A stretch of 64,000 nucleotides of DNA. Source: Rhodothermales bacterium (GTDB taxonomy: Bacteria > Bacteroidota > Rhodothermia > Rhodothermales > VXPQ01). Positions 10,381 through 19,780 of this stretch are shown one piece after another. The stretch covers positions 22,567-86,566 of the forward strand of contig JBBDTI010000067.1 of assembly GCA_040904565.1 (NCBI GenBank), read 5' to 3'. The translations under genes and the position numbers were made by a program. Every line of letters begins with the position of its first letter. Positions within the stretch are counted from its first letter, which is position 1. Under the pieces are notes generated by a model. It searched no databases. It was not told where the DNA came from and worked only from the letters and a program-made list of their open reading frames with translations.

Positions 10381-10624
10381 CCACGGCGTGGGTGGGCGGT
10401 CTCCGGGCCGATCCCCCATGCAGAAGAAAAGCATCCTCGCACTGCGAAGCATAGTGCCGAAAATCGACCTGCTGCGGTGTGGACGCACGGTCTTCCCGGC
10501 GGAGGGTCTTTTTCGAATCTTGAGGGTGGCAGCGGAACGACGCTGCCCGTACCCCCCTTCAAGACAGGTATGCCCGCGGGTACGGGCTGGGGAGTGAGGT
10601 TACGATGCATGTAGACGAGACCCG

Positions 10625-11917
10625 ATGAGCGATATGCCACAGGTAGCCGGGGAAATACGATCCGCGGCGTTTCTTTTTAATGGACGGTATCACGTATTGA
10701 TAGAATCCGACGGCGGCGGTCACTCCGCCTATGAAGGGCACCTGCTGACGCCCGAGCTGGGCATGGGGACGTGTCTGTACGTGGAGGACGTGGAAGCCGG
10801 ACGGATCTGGACGGCGGGGTCGAAGGCTGTGCCTGCGGAATCGGCGTCGTACCGATTCGGAAGTGGGCCCGGCGCCTACCGCATGCGGCGGACCGAGGAG
10901 CCCGTGCGTGTTACGACGGACGTCTGCGTCGTTCCCAACCGCGATGCGGAACTCCGGCGATATACTGTTTCCAACCGGTCCGACCAAAGCAGGGTCGTCC
11001 GGTTGACGTGGATGACGGTGGTCGAGTCGGGCGGCGTTCCGGTGGTGACGGAGCGGGTGGACGATGGCGTGATGGCCGTACGGCGGGTGCCGAAGGGCGG
11101 CGAGATCTACTGGCTTCACGGACTCGTGAGGCCGCGCGGCGCGCTGCGTGCGGTGGAGACGAATGGTTCATCGTTCTTCGGGCCGGAGTGGTCCCATGAG
11201 CGTCCGCCGGGGCTCGAGGAGGGCCTATCGGACGAGACCGGGAGCGGCGAGGATGCCGTGCTGGGACTCCAGACGGAGGCCGAGATCGAACCGAATGCGG
11301 AGCAGACGTTCACGCTCGCGTGCAGTGCCGCCCGGTCGCGCCGCGCCGTTGAGTCCGCCGTCACGGCGCTCGCGAACCCGCAGGTGGTCGACGACGCATT
11401 CCTGGAGGCGGCGCTGAACGAACAGCGTGCACGTGACGGACTCAAGCTCGACCCAAAGACCGCCGCACGGTTTCACGCCGTCGCCGCGGCCATGCTCCGT
11501 GGTTCGCTGCGAGGGGAGCACCTCGATCTGTCCACCGAAGATGAGATCATTGCGGAAGCGGCGGCTCGACTAGGTCTGGATCCGGAACGACTGCTGGTGG
11601 TCTGCCGGGTGTCGGACGAGTCCGAGTTGGATGTCGCTAAGACGGCGCTGAAGGCCAAGGCCTTCTGGAGCACGCTCGGCCTTCCGGTGCAGCTCCTTAT
11701 CCTGAACGCGATGGAGGGTCCCGGTGCCAACGCGCTGCAGCAGAAACTGCACGAAAGCGTGGAGCTCGACGATGCATCGGAGCGAGACATCCTTCTTCGG
11801 CATGCCGACGTCGTTACGCCGGCGGACCAGAAGGCCGTTCAGGCCGCGGCTCAGCTCATTCTGACCCGCGATCGCGTCGGGCTGCTGCGCGGGGACGTCG
11901 ATATCCCTTCCGGATGA
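10625..11917 (+). CDS. Stand-alone GH94 / cyclic beta-1,2-glucan synthase (NdvB)-like N-terminal fragment; no catalytic barrel
   Basis: 430 aa. FNGRYHVLIESDGGGHSAY...CLYVEDVEAGRIWTAG...DAELRRYTVSNRSDQSRVVRLTWMTVVE resembles the GH94 N-terminal beta-sandwich. The later LLVVCRVSDESELDVAKTALKAKAFWSTLGLPVQLLILN resembles the NdvB linker region. The ORF ends before any (alpha/alpha)6 domain. Confidence 0.6.
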   Translation: MSDMPQVAGEIRSAAFLFNGRYHVLIESDGGGHSAYEGHLLTPELGMGTCLYVEDVEAGRIWTAGSKAVPAESASYRFGSGPGAYRMRRTEEPVRVTTDVCVVPNRDAELRRYTVSNRSDQSRVVRLTWMTVVESGGVPVVTERVDDGVMAVRRVPKGGEIYWLHGLVRPRGALRAVETNGSSFFGPEWSHERPPGLEEGLSDETGSGEDAVLGLQTEAEIEPNAEQTFTLACSAARSRRAVESAVTALANPQVVDDAFLEAALNEQRARDGLKLDPKTAARFHAVAAAMLRGSLRGEHLDLSTEDEIIAEAAARLGLDPERLLVVCRVSDESELDVAKTALKAKAFWSTLGLPVQLLILNAMEGPGANALQQKLHESVELDDASERDILLRHADVVTPADQKAVQAAAQLILTRDRVGLLRGDVDIPSG

Positions 11918-12125
11918 CGGTTTGCCGGCGCCTCGTTTTCCCACTTCCTATTATGTGTGGAGGCCGTAGCCCCGACCGACGGCGTCGCCGATCGGATGGC
12001 ATGTGAAGACGGGACGGCTCCCCGGCAAGGTGTCCAAAAGGTCTCGCGCCTACAGCACGTCCACGACCTTCTGGCGGTTCGGACGGGCGACACGTTTGGC
12101 GGCGCGGCCCGAAATACCCGGCTGT

Positions 12126-14141
12126 ATGTATTTACTTGAAGGTATGGTACGAGCGTTCTCTTTGGATCTACTCGCCGCATCACTCACGGCCGTACTGCTC
12201 GTGGCTGCGTGTGCCGGTTGCGCAGGTACGGAGGATGGCGAAGAGGCCGTCGCCGCGTATCGCAATCTCGATCCGGACGTGGCGTACGTCGGCCGGGAAG
12301 CCTGCCGCTCGTGCCACCCGGACAAGTACGAGACGTTCGTGGAGGCGCAGATGGGACGGTCGATCAAACCCGCGCATCCCGACGAAAGTGCGGCCCGATT
12401 CGATGGGGTCGATCCCGTTTACGACGAGGCGCTCGACCTGTATTATCGACCCGAGCGGTGGGGCGACGATCTCTTCGTCGTCGAGTATCGACTGGCGGAC
12501 GGCGACACGACCCACAAGCGGACCGAGCAGATCGACTTCATCGTCGGGTCGGGCCAGCATACCAACTCCCACATCATGTCCGTGAACGGTTACCTGTATC
12601 AGATGCCGCTCACGTGGTACGCGCAGGACGGAAAATGGGACCTTCCGCCCGGCTTCGACGGGGGCAACAACTCCCGCTTCGATCGGCCGATTCCGGAAGC
12701 CTGTATGACGTGCCACAATGCGATGCCCGGGTTTGTGGACGGATCGGAGAACCAATTTTCGCACGTACCTGCGGGCATCGATTGCGAGCGATGTCACGGC
12801 CCGGGTGCCCTGCACGTCGAAGAGAAAGAGGCAGGGATGATCGTCGACACGTCGGTCCACGTCGACCGTTCCATCGTAAACCCGGCACGTCTGCCGCTCG
12901 ACCGGCAGTTCGATGTCTGCCAGCGGTGCCACATGCAGGGTGCCACCGTGTATGCGCCGGGGATGGGCCCAGGCGATTTTCGGCCGGGTATGGACCTGTC
13001 GGACGTGCTGAACGTGTTCTGGCCACGTTATGCGGACAGTACGCAGCAATTCATTATGGCCTCGCACCCGGATCGCATGCGGATGAGCGCGTGCTTCACG
13101 GGCAGCCACGAGGAGGGGGCGAGCTTCGAACCCATGACGTGCACGACGTGCCACGATCCGCACGTGCCGATCGAGGCGCTGGGGTCGGATCATTACCGGG
13201 ACGTGTGCCAGTCGTGTCACGAGCCGGAGGAGCTCCACGCCGATGGCGTAGATGCCATGGCTGCCGGTGCGTGTACGGAGGAGATCGTTCTCCGCGAAGA
13301 GGTCGGCGACGACTGCGTGCAGTGCCACATGCCGGTGTCCGGGTCGACGGACATTCCTCACGTTCGCGTCACGGATCACTTCATCCGCGTCGTCGACACG
13401 ACCGGTAGCGTGAACGATGCGGACGTGGATGCGGCGAAGCGGTTGATCGGGCTGGCGAGTCTGATCGACGATGCGCCAACCCCCCGTGAGCGTGCGGAGG
13501 GATTCATGACCTACTTCGAAGAGGTCCAGAACCGGCCCGATTTTTTGGATTCGGCGGCCGTGTTAGTGGATCGGGCCGTGGAGGAGCAAGGGCCGACCGC
13601 CGTCGCTCCTTCCCTCGTGCGGTTACATCACCTGCAGCGCGATTTTGACGCGACGGTCCGGCTGAGCCGCGAGATCGCCATGGCCGAGATCGACGAGCCC
13701 TGGACCCACTATCGTGTCGGTGAAGCCTATCAGACTGTCGGCAACGTTCAGGAAGCGATCGTCTACTTCGAGGAAGCGGTGCGCCGATCCCCCGCTCACC
13801 TGCGCTTCCTGAACAAGCTCGGCAGCGCCTACACCGAGGCACGGCGCCTGGATGAGGCGCTCGAGGTCTTCGACCGTGTACTGAATGCCAACCCGAAGTA
13901 CGCCGAGGCTCGAAACAACCGCGGGTTCGTCCACATCCTCCAGCAGGATTTCGAGGCGGCGGAGGCAGACTTTCTCGAAGCGATCCGGCTCGATCCCGAC
14001 GCGGAAATAGCCTTCGCGAACCTCGCCTCGCTCTACTTCAACACGAATCGCCGGGAGGAAGCCAGGCCCTATGCCCGGCGCCTGGTGGAGGAGCATCCCG
14101 ACGATCCCAACTACCAGCGTCTCTGGGAGCTCGTTCGCTGA
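12126..14141 (+). CDS. Multiheme (7 x CXXCH) c-type cytochrome fused to C-terminal TPR repeats, lipoprotein
   Basis: Lipobox LLVAAC. Seven heme motifs: CRSCH, CMTCH, CERCH, CQRCH, CTTCH, CQSCH, CVQCH. C-terminal TPR-like repeats (..AYQTVGNVQEAIVYFEEAVRRSP.., ..NPKYAEARNNRG..). ATG 12126 or 12144 preferred over track start 12003. Confidence 0.85.
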   Translation: MYLLEGMVRAFSLDLLAASLTAVLLVAACAGCAGTEDGEEAVAAYRNLDPDVAYVGREACRSCHPDKYETFVEAQMGRSIKPAHPDESAARFDGVDPVYDEALDLYYRPERWGDDLFVVEYRLADGDTTHKRTEQIDFIVGSGQHTNSHIMSVNGYLYQMPLTWYAQDGKWDLPPGFDGGNNSRFDRPIPEACMTCHNAMPGFVDGSENQFSHVPAGIDCERCHGPGALHVEEKEAGMIVDTSVHVDRSIVNPARLPLDRQFDVCQRCHMQGATVYAPGMGPGDFRPGMDLSDVLNVFWPRYADSTQQFIMASHPDRMRMSACFTGSHEEGASFEPMTCTTCHDPHVPIEALGSDHYRDVCQSCHEPEELHADGVDAMAAGACTEEIVLREEVGDDCVQCHMPVSGSTDIPHVRVTDHFIRVVDTTGSVNDADVDAAKRLIGLASLIDDAPTPRERAEGFMTYFEEVQNRPDFLDSAAVLVDRAVEEQGPTAVAPSLVRLHHLQRDFDATVRLSREIAMAEIDEPWTHYRVGEAYQTVGNVQEAIVYFEEAVRRSPAHLRFLNKLGSAYTEARRLDEALEVFDRVLNANPKYAEARNNRGFVHILQQDFEAAEADFLEAIRLDPDAEIAFANLASLYFNTNRREEARPYARRLVEEHPDDPNYQRLWELVR

Positions 14142-14255
14142 ACGTCTCGCTTGCGAAGGACGTTCAACGCGGAGCTTCATGCTTCGTACCTTATCTGTGC
14201 CTACCGGACGAGCACCGTGAGGGGTTTACACGCGAGACATCCGCATCATTACCTG

Positions 14256-14277
14256 AAGATTACTGGAAGACTACTGG
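14256..14277 (+). repeat. Tandem 11-nt direct repeat (AAGATTACTGG AAGACTACTGG) 6 nt upstream of the xylA ATG
   Basis: Read directly at 14256-14266 and 14267-14277. Confidence 0.6.
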
Positions 14278-14283
14278 CGAGCG

Positions 14284-15453
14284 ATGAGCGATCCGTTTCA
14301 ACCGAAACCTGAAGACAAGTTCACGTTTGGGCTTTGGACCGTGGGAAACGTCGGGCGGGACCCGTTTGGCGGACCCGTGCGCGAGACCCTCTCGCCCGTC
14401 GACCTCGTGCACCTGCTTGCCGACGTAGGCGCCTACGGCGTCAATTTTCACGACAATGACCTGGTGCCCATCGACGCTTCGGCGGCGGAGCGGGACCGCA
14501 TCGTTCGCGACTTCAAGCGGGCGCTCGACGAGACGGGATTGACGGTGCCGATGGCGACGACGAATCTATTTTCGGATCCGGCATTCCGTGACGGGGCCTT
14601 TACAGCCAACGACCCGGCGGTTCGGGCGTATGCCATCCACAAAACCATGCGAGCGATGGATCTCGGCGTGGAGCTCGGCGCGGAGACGTACGTGTTCTGG
14701 GGCGGACGGGAAGGTACGGAGTCTGATGCGACCAAGGATCCGGTCGATGCCCTCAAGTGGATGCGTGAGGCGATTAACTTTCTTTGCGAGTATGCCGTCG
14801 ATCGGGGATACGACCTGCGGTTCGCCCTGGAGCCCAAGCCCAACGAACCCCGCGGCGACATCTATCTGTCGACCGTCGGCGCGATGCTGGGGTTCATCGC
14901 TACGCTGGATCGTCCCGAGATGGTCGGTGTGAATCCGGAGGTAGCGCACGAGCACATGGCCGGGCTCAACTTCACGCACGCCGTCGCGCAGGCCTGGGAT
15001 GCCGGCAAGCTCTTCCACATCGACCTGAACGATCAGAATCCGGGTCGGTACGACCAGGACTTTCGCTTTGCGGCGTACAATCCGAAAGCGGCCTTCTATC
15101 TCGTCAAGCTGCTCGAGGACGTGGGTTACGAAGGTCCGCGGCACTTCGACGCCCACGCATTCAGAACCGAAGACGTCCAGGGGGTAAAGGACTTTGCGCG
15201 CGGTTGCATGCGCAGTTACCTTATTCTTCGCGAGAAGGCCGTAGCCTTCGGGCGGGATGCCGAGATTCAAGCATTGTTGTCGGAGATCACGGAGCCGTCT
15301 GCCGACTACCCGGCGTACGATAGCGGTTACACGCGAGAAAGCGCCGAGGCGCTCAAGTCGCACCCCTTCGACCGTCACCAGCTTGCCGAAAAAGGATTGC
15401 AATACGAACGACTCGACCAGCTCGTGACCGATCTCCTGCTCGGCGTGCGCTGA
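14284..15453 (+). CDS. xylA: Xylose isomerase, class I (short, actinobacterial/Thermus type)
   Basis: 389 aa. N-terminus [47 protein letters not shown]. Class I length. Confidence 0.93.
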   Translation: MSDPFQPKPEDKFTFGLWTVGNVGRDPFGGPVRETLSPVDLVHLLADVGAYGVNFHDNDLVPIDASAAERDRIVRDFKRALDETGLTVPMATTNLFSDPAFRDGAFTANDPAVRAYAIHKTMRAMDLGVELGAETYVFWGGREGTESDATKDPVDALKWMREAINFLCEYAVDRGYDLRFALEPKPNEPRGDIYLSTVGAMLGFIATLDRPEMVGVNPEVAHEHMAGLNFTHAVAQAWDAGKLFHIDLNDQNPGRYDQDFRFAAYNPKAAFYLVKLLEDVGYEGPRHFDAHAFRTEDVQGVKDFARGCMRSYLILREKAVAFGRDAEIQALLSEITEPSADYPAYDSGYTRESAEALKSHPFDRHQLAEKGLQYERLDQLVTDLLLGVR

Positions 15454-15500
15454 GTGGCTCCATCCCCCGAACCTCATCTTTGCAAACAGCGCAACCCCGA

Positions 15501-15878
15501 ATGAACGACTACCAGTCCGACGCCCTACGAACCCTTTCCACCCAGTTCCACCTGTCGGATGACGACGGGGAGAACGGGGTCAGTCCCGATTTGCTCCACG
15601 GTGCCATCGGACTCGCCACCGAGGCGGGCGAGCTGCTCGATGCCGTCAAACGATCGCTCTTTTACGGTGGCGAGCTGGACCGTACGAACCTCGTGGAAGA
15701 GCTGGGCGATCTGGAGTGGTACATGGCCGTCATTCGAGACGCGCTCGCCGTCGAGCAGAATGAGGTTCAGCGCATCAATATCGACAAATTGAAGGCGCGA
15801 TATCCGGAGAAATTTTCGTCCGACGACGCACTTCAACGCGACCTGGCGAGGGAGCGTGAAATACTGGAGAACGGCTGA
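15501..15878 (+). CDS. MazG-like nucleotide pyrophosphohydrolase domain protein
   Basis: About 125 aa. LHGAIGLATEAGELLD...EELGDLEWY (EXXE...E..GD motif pattern of all-alpha NTP-PPases). ATG 15501 preferred over TTG 15480. Confidence 0.78.
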   Translation: MNDYQSDALRTLSTQFHLSDDDGENGVSPDLLHGAIGLATEAGELLDAVKRSLFYGGELDRTNLVEELGDLEWYMAVIRDALAVEQNEVQRINIDKLKARYPEKFSSDDALQRDLAREREILENG

Positions 15879-15990
15879 GAGACGCCACCGCCATTATGAC
15901 CGATGCATCACCTACCGGAAACGATGCCGACCGGGTTGTCGACGCCAGGCAAGCCGACGGCCGCGAGTATTTCGAGGATCCGTCCGCACC

Positions 15991-17193
15991 ATGAATCGCG
16001 ACGACGTTCGATCGTTTGTGGACACGCTGCACGAACCGGCTGCCGTCTTGACGAGTCGAGGGCGCTTCCTCGTGGTGAACGATGCGTTTCAAAGCGTGCT
16101 TCGCGATGTCGATTGCCCCGGTGCCGAGCGGTTGCACGATGCGGTGGCGGACGAGGAAGACGACGTGGCGTCGTTTCTAGCCCAGGCCGCTCGCTCGCGG
16201 CCTTCCATCCAGTGCGGATTGACACTGGGTTCGGCGGCTGTGGGGCAGCGCATGACGTGCTTCGGCGGACGCCTGGATCCCGGCGACGAAGAGCACGAGC
16301 CCCACATTCTCTTACGATGCTATCGCTCGAATGAATCGGTACGGCAGTTTCAACTTCTCAGTCGAAAGATCGACGAACTGAATGCCGAAATACGCCGGCG
16401 GCAGGGCGTAGAGCGGGATCTGAGAGACATTCGGTCGGAACTCGAGCGTCGCGTAGAGAAGCGCACGTCGGAACTCAAGCGCGTCAATATCGACCTCGTG
16501 CAGCGGAACAAATCTCTCGAGGAGTTTGCCTCCGTGGCGTCGCACGACCTTCGTGAACCGCTTCGCAAGATCACGGTTTTCGGCGGCATGCTGGAAGATG
16601 AGCTCGGGCCGGAGCTATCCGATCATCACCGATCGATGCTCGAGCGCATGATCACCGCCGCCACCCGGATGAAGACGTTGATCAGAGGACTTCTGGCCTA
16701 TTCGCGTCTTTCCACGTCGGATTATTCCTTCGAAACGGTCGACCTGTCGAAGGTCGTAGACGATGTACTGGTGGACCTGGAGATCGCGGTCGCTCGTGCG
16801 GGCGCGGTCATAGAGGTCGACGCGCTGCCTCATCTCGAGGCGGACGCCACGCAGATGCGCCAGCTCTTCCAGAATCTGATCAGCAACAGTCTCAAGTTTC
16901 GGCGTCCCGACGTCTCGCCCCGCGTCGAGATTTCCTGTATGATGGATCGTGAGGGCAAACAGATTGAAATCGCCGTCTCGGATAACGGAATTGGATTCGA
17001 GTCGACCTATGCAGAGCAGATCTTCGAGCCGTTTCGGCGGCTGAACCCCCAGCACGAGTTTGAGGGATCGGGTATCGGACTCGCCATGTGCCGGCGCATC
17101 GTAGAGCGCCATGGGGGCACGATCTCGGCGACGTCGACGCCCGGCGAGGGGACGACGTTTCACATGATGCTGCCGCTGGAGGCATCGGACTAA
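15991..17193 (+). CDS. Sensor histidine kinase (PAS-like N-terminus, coiled coil, HisKA, HATPase_c), cytoplasmic
   Basis: H-box FASVASHDLREPL, N-box QLFQNLISNSLKF, G-boxes DNGIGF and GSGIGLAMC. No adjacent response regulator. Confidence 0.88.
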   Translation: MNRDDVRSFVDTLHEPAAVLTSRGRFLVVNDAFQSVLRDVDCPGAERLHDAVADEEDDVASFLAQAARSRPSIQCGLTLGSAAVGQRMTCFGGRLDPGDEEHEPHILLRCYRSNESVRQFQLLSRKIDELNAEIRRRQGVERDLRDIRSELERRVEKRTSELKRVNIDLVQRNKSLEEFASVASHDLREPLRKITVFGGMLEDELGPELSDHHRSMLERMITAATRMKTLIRGLLAYSRLSTSDYSFETVDLSKVVDDVLVDLEIAVARAGAVIEVDALPHLEADATQMRQLFQNLISNSLKFRRPDVSPRVEISCMMDREGKQIEIAVSDNGIGFESTYAEQIFEPFRRLNPQHEFEGSGIGLAMCRRIVERHGGTISATSTPGEGTTFHMMLPLEASD

Positions 17194-17195
17194 AT

Positions 17196-18506
17196 GTGCT
17201 CGTGACTGACATCCGCTACGTAAATACGACGTTCGAACGGGAGCCGCTCGTGAAGCCATTCGGTTTCAAGGGAGGCTTCCTGTCCGATCTGTGGCAGACC
17301 GTCGTTCTGCTCGAGAGCTCGAGCGGTCGATCGTCGATCGGGCTGGGGACGCAGAGCGTGTTGTGGTCGGATTCCGCCGTGTTTGCCACCCACTCGGAAG
17401 CCGGCGGCAACGCTCTCATGTTCGCCGTGCTCGAGTTTGCGGCACAGGCCGCCTGCGGACGTTCCTTCCGCACGCCGCTGGAGCTGCTCGACGGCCTGTT
17501 CGAGGAGGCCCGTGAGTATGCGGTTCGGATAACCGAGCGCCCGGACCTTCGAGCGACGTTCGTGCTGAACGCGCTGGTGGCGCTGGACCATGCCGCGTGG
17601 TTGCTTTGTGCTCGGGATAACGGATTGGGATCTTTCGATGAGATGATTCCGGAAGCGTACCGCGAGCCGCTATTGCATCGGCACGACATCGTGGCGAGCG
17701 TCCCGGCCGCGGGTTTTTCGTCGACGCGTGAGGACCTGCTCGCACTGGCGGACGCGGGCTACTTCATCATTAAGGTCAAGCTGGGTCATCCGGGTGGTCC
17801 GGAGGAGATGCTCGCGCGAGACAAACGCCGTATCGAGGAGATCCACGACGTGTTCGGCGATCGAGAGACGGCCCACACGGAATCCGGCCGGATTCCCTAT
17901 TATCTTGACATCAATGGACGCTACGATAGCATAAGTCAGTTGTGGGAGCTGGTCGAGCATGCCGATGCGGTGGGGGTGCTGGACCAAATCATATTGGTCG
18001 AGGAACCATTCCCTGAGGGGTACGAGGCGGACGTGTCGGACCTTCCCGTTCGCATTGCCGCCGACGAGAGTGCGCATACGGATGCGGATGCGCGCCGGCT
18101 CATAGATATGGGTTACGGTGCGATAGCCCTGAAACCCATCGCGAAGACCGTCAGCATGACCTTGAAGATCGCCGCCGAAGCGCACGCCCGCGGAATTCCG
18201 TGTTTTTGCGCGGACCTTACCGTAAATCCGATACTCGTCGAGTGGAATAAATGCTTCGCCGCGCGCCTCGAGCCGCTGCCCGGCCTGAACGTGGGGTTGC
18301 TCGAAACGAACGGGCATCAGAACTATCTCGATTGGGACCGAATGATGGGGTACAATCCGGCCGCGGGTGCCTCGTGGACGGAGGTGAAGGCAGGGGCGTT
18401 CCACCTCGATTCCGACTTCTTCGCCGAGAGTGGAGGGCTCTTTGAAAGCTCCTCACACTACCTTAACCTCGTCCGGCCGAGGCATCGGAGCGATGCCGGC
18501 CGCTGA
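17196..18506 (+). CDS. Enolase-superfamily enzyme (MLE/MR-like; racemase, cycloisomerase or dehydratase)
   Basis: KxK motif IIKVKLG. Candidate metal ligands in YLDINGRY, LVEEPFP and IAADES. Second catalytic Lys in ALKPIAK. GTG start 2 nt after the kinase stop. Confidence 0.78.
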   Translation: MLVTDIRYVNTTFEREPLVKPFGFKGGFLSDLWQTVVLLESSSGRSSIGLGTQSVLWSDSAVFATHSEAGGNALMFAVLEFAAQAACGRSFRTPLELLDGLFEEAREYAVRITERPDLRATFVLNALVALDHAAWLLCARDNGLGSFDEMIPEAYREPLLHRHDIVASVPAAGFSSTREDLLALADAGYFIIKVKLGHPGGPEEMLARDKRRIEEIHDVFGDRETAHTESGRIPYYLDINGRYDSISQLWELVEHADAVGVLDQIILVEEPFPEGYEADVSDLPVRIAADESAHTDADARRLIDMGYGAIALKPIAKTVSMTLKIAAEAHARGIPCFCADLTVNPILVEWNKCFAARLEPLPGLNVGLLETNGHQNYLDWDRMMGYNPAAGASWTEVKAGAFHLDSDFFAESGGLFESSSHYLNLVRPRHRSDAGR

Positions 18507-18573
18507 CAACCATCATCGTACGGTTCCGCCGCGATGCCGCCGCGCCGAGTACGACGTAAGATACACAAGAGAC

Positions 18574-19608
18574 ATGCCGCTGAACGTAGACCCGTTGAAT
18601 GAAGAGGGACTCGTGAAGGCCCTTTCACGGCCGTATCGCGAGGACGTCGACGTTGCCGGCAGACTGGACGGCGACGTGATCGTTCTGGGTGCGGGCGGCA
18701 AGATGGGTCCCACGCTCGTCGCGCGGATCGCTCGGGCGATGCAGCAGGCCGGTAGTCCACACAACGTATATGCCGTATCCAGGTACTCGGAGCCGGAGCG
18801 GTTACGGGAGATCGAGGAAGCCGGGGCAACGGCCATCTCGGCCGACCTGATGGATGAGGAGGCGCTGGCGGACCTGCCGGCGTGTCCGAACGTGATCTAT
18901 CTCGTCGGCATGAAATTCGGCGCGTCGGGCGACGCATCGCGGACGTGGGCGCTGAACGCCTATCTCCCCGGCAGGGTAGCGAGCCGGTACCGCCACGCGC
19001 GCATCGTCGCGCTGTCGACGGGAAACGTGTATCCGAAGGTGTCGCCGGCCTCCGGCGGGTGTACGGAAGAGGACCGGACCGATCCCGTCGGTGAATACGC
19101 GCAGTCATGCCTGGGCCGCGAGCGCATGTTCGAATATTTCTCGCGGAGGCATGAGACGCCGACCTGCCTGATACGGCTGAACTATGCCGTCGAGGCGCGC
19201 TACGGCGTCTTTCTCGATATTGCCAGACAGGTCTATCGTGGTGAGCCGGTTTCGGTGGAAATGGGTTACGTGAACACGATCTGGCAAGGTGATGCCAATT
19301 CGGTCTGCTTTCGGGCTCTCGAAGCGTGTGCATCGCCGCCGCATGTGCTGAATGTTACGGGACCGGACATCCTCCGCGTGCGCGACATCGCGGAGGAGTT
19401 TGGACGACGATTTGGCGTGTCGCCGGTACTGCACGGTACGGAGCAGCCGACCGCTTTTCTGAGTGACGCCGCCCGCTGTCACGCGCGGTTCGGAAAGCCG
19501 AAGGTAACGACGGAAGAGGTTTTGGATCTCGTCGCCGCGTGGGTCGACGAGGAGCGGGAGACATACGGTAAGCCGACTAGGTTTGAGGTGCGCGACGGAA
19601 GGTTCTAG
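18574..19608 (+). CDS. NAD-dependent epimerase/dehydratase family protein
   Basis: Rossmann motif VIVLGAGGKMG and SDR-extended architecture. ATG 18574 preferred over track start 18430. Confidence 0.8.
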   Translation: MPLNVDPLNEEGLVKALSRPYREDVDVAGRLDGDVIVLGAGGKMGPTLVARIARAMQQAGSPHNVYAVSRYSEPERLREIEEAGATAISADLMDEEALADLPACPNVIYLVGMKFGASGDASRTWALNAYLPGRVASRYRHARIVALSTGNVYPKVSPASGGCTEEDRTDPVGEYAQSCLGRERMFEYFSRRHETPTCLIRLNYAVEARYGVFLDIARQVYRGEPVSVEMGYVNTIWQGDANSVCFRALEACASPPHVLNVTGPDILRVRDIAEEFGRRFGVSPVLHGTEQPTAFLSDAARCHARFGKPKVTTEEVLDLVAAWVDEERETYGKPTRFEVRDGRF

Positions 19609-19710
19609 CGCCGCTGTTCGCCGGTGCGATCCGGCCGTCGTTTCTGGCTGCGACGCCGGGCCATGTGCTCATCTCGTAGCGTCGGGAAGGTCCAGCCGTC
19701 GTGGCAGGAT

Positions 19711-19780
19711 GTATCAACAGGTATCGGAGACATCCCAAAGTCATCCCATAGTGACGTATCAAATGACGTATCCGACGTGA
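19711..19780 (+). promoter_or_regulatory. Cluster of phased short direct repeats in a gap inside the operon (candidate operator / internal promoter)
   Basis: GTATCaacagGTATC; CATCCCAaagtCATCCCA (19731/19742); TGACGTATCaaaTGACGTATC (19752/19764), followed by cGACGTGA. Spacing is 10-12 nt. Confidence 0.4.

Noticed and set aside
10244-10624. The 380-nt intergenic region as a riboswitch or housekeeping ncRNA (cobalamin riboswitch, RNase P, tmRNA, SRP RNA, 6S)
   Set aside because: I could not find any of the conserved cores I know (B12 box, the GAGGAAAGUCC region of RNase P, tRNA-like ends of tmRNA, the SRP domain IV motif). Only the repeats and a hairpin are reported.
12180-13408. Two 399-aa ORFs (minus strand 12180-13379 and plus strand 12209-13408)
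   Set aside because: Both overlap the heptaheme cytochrome gene in antisense or alternate frame. Only the cytochrome frame carries CXXCH motifs and TPR repeats.
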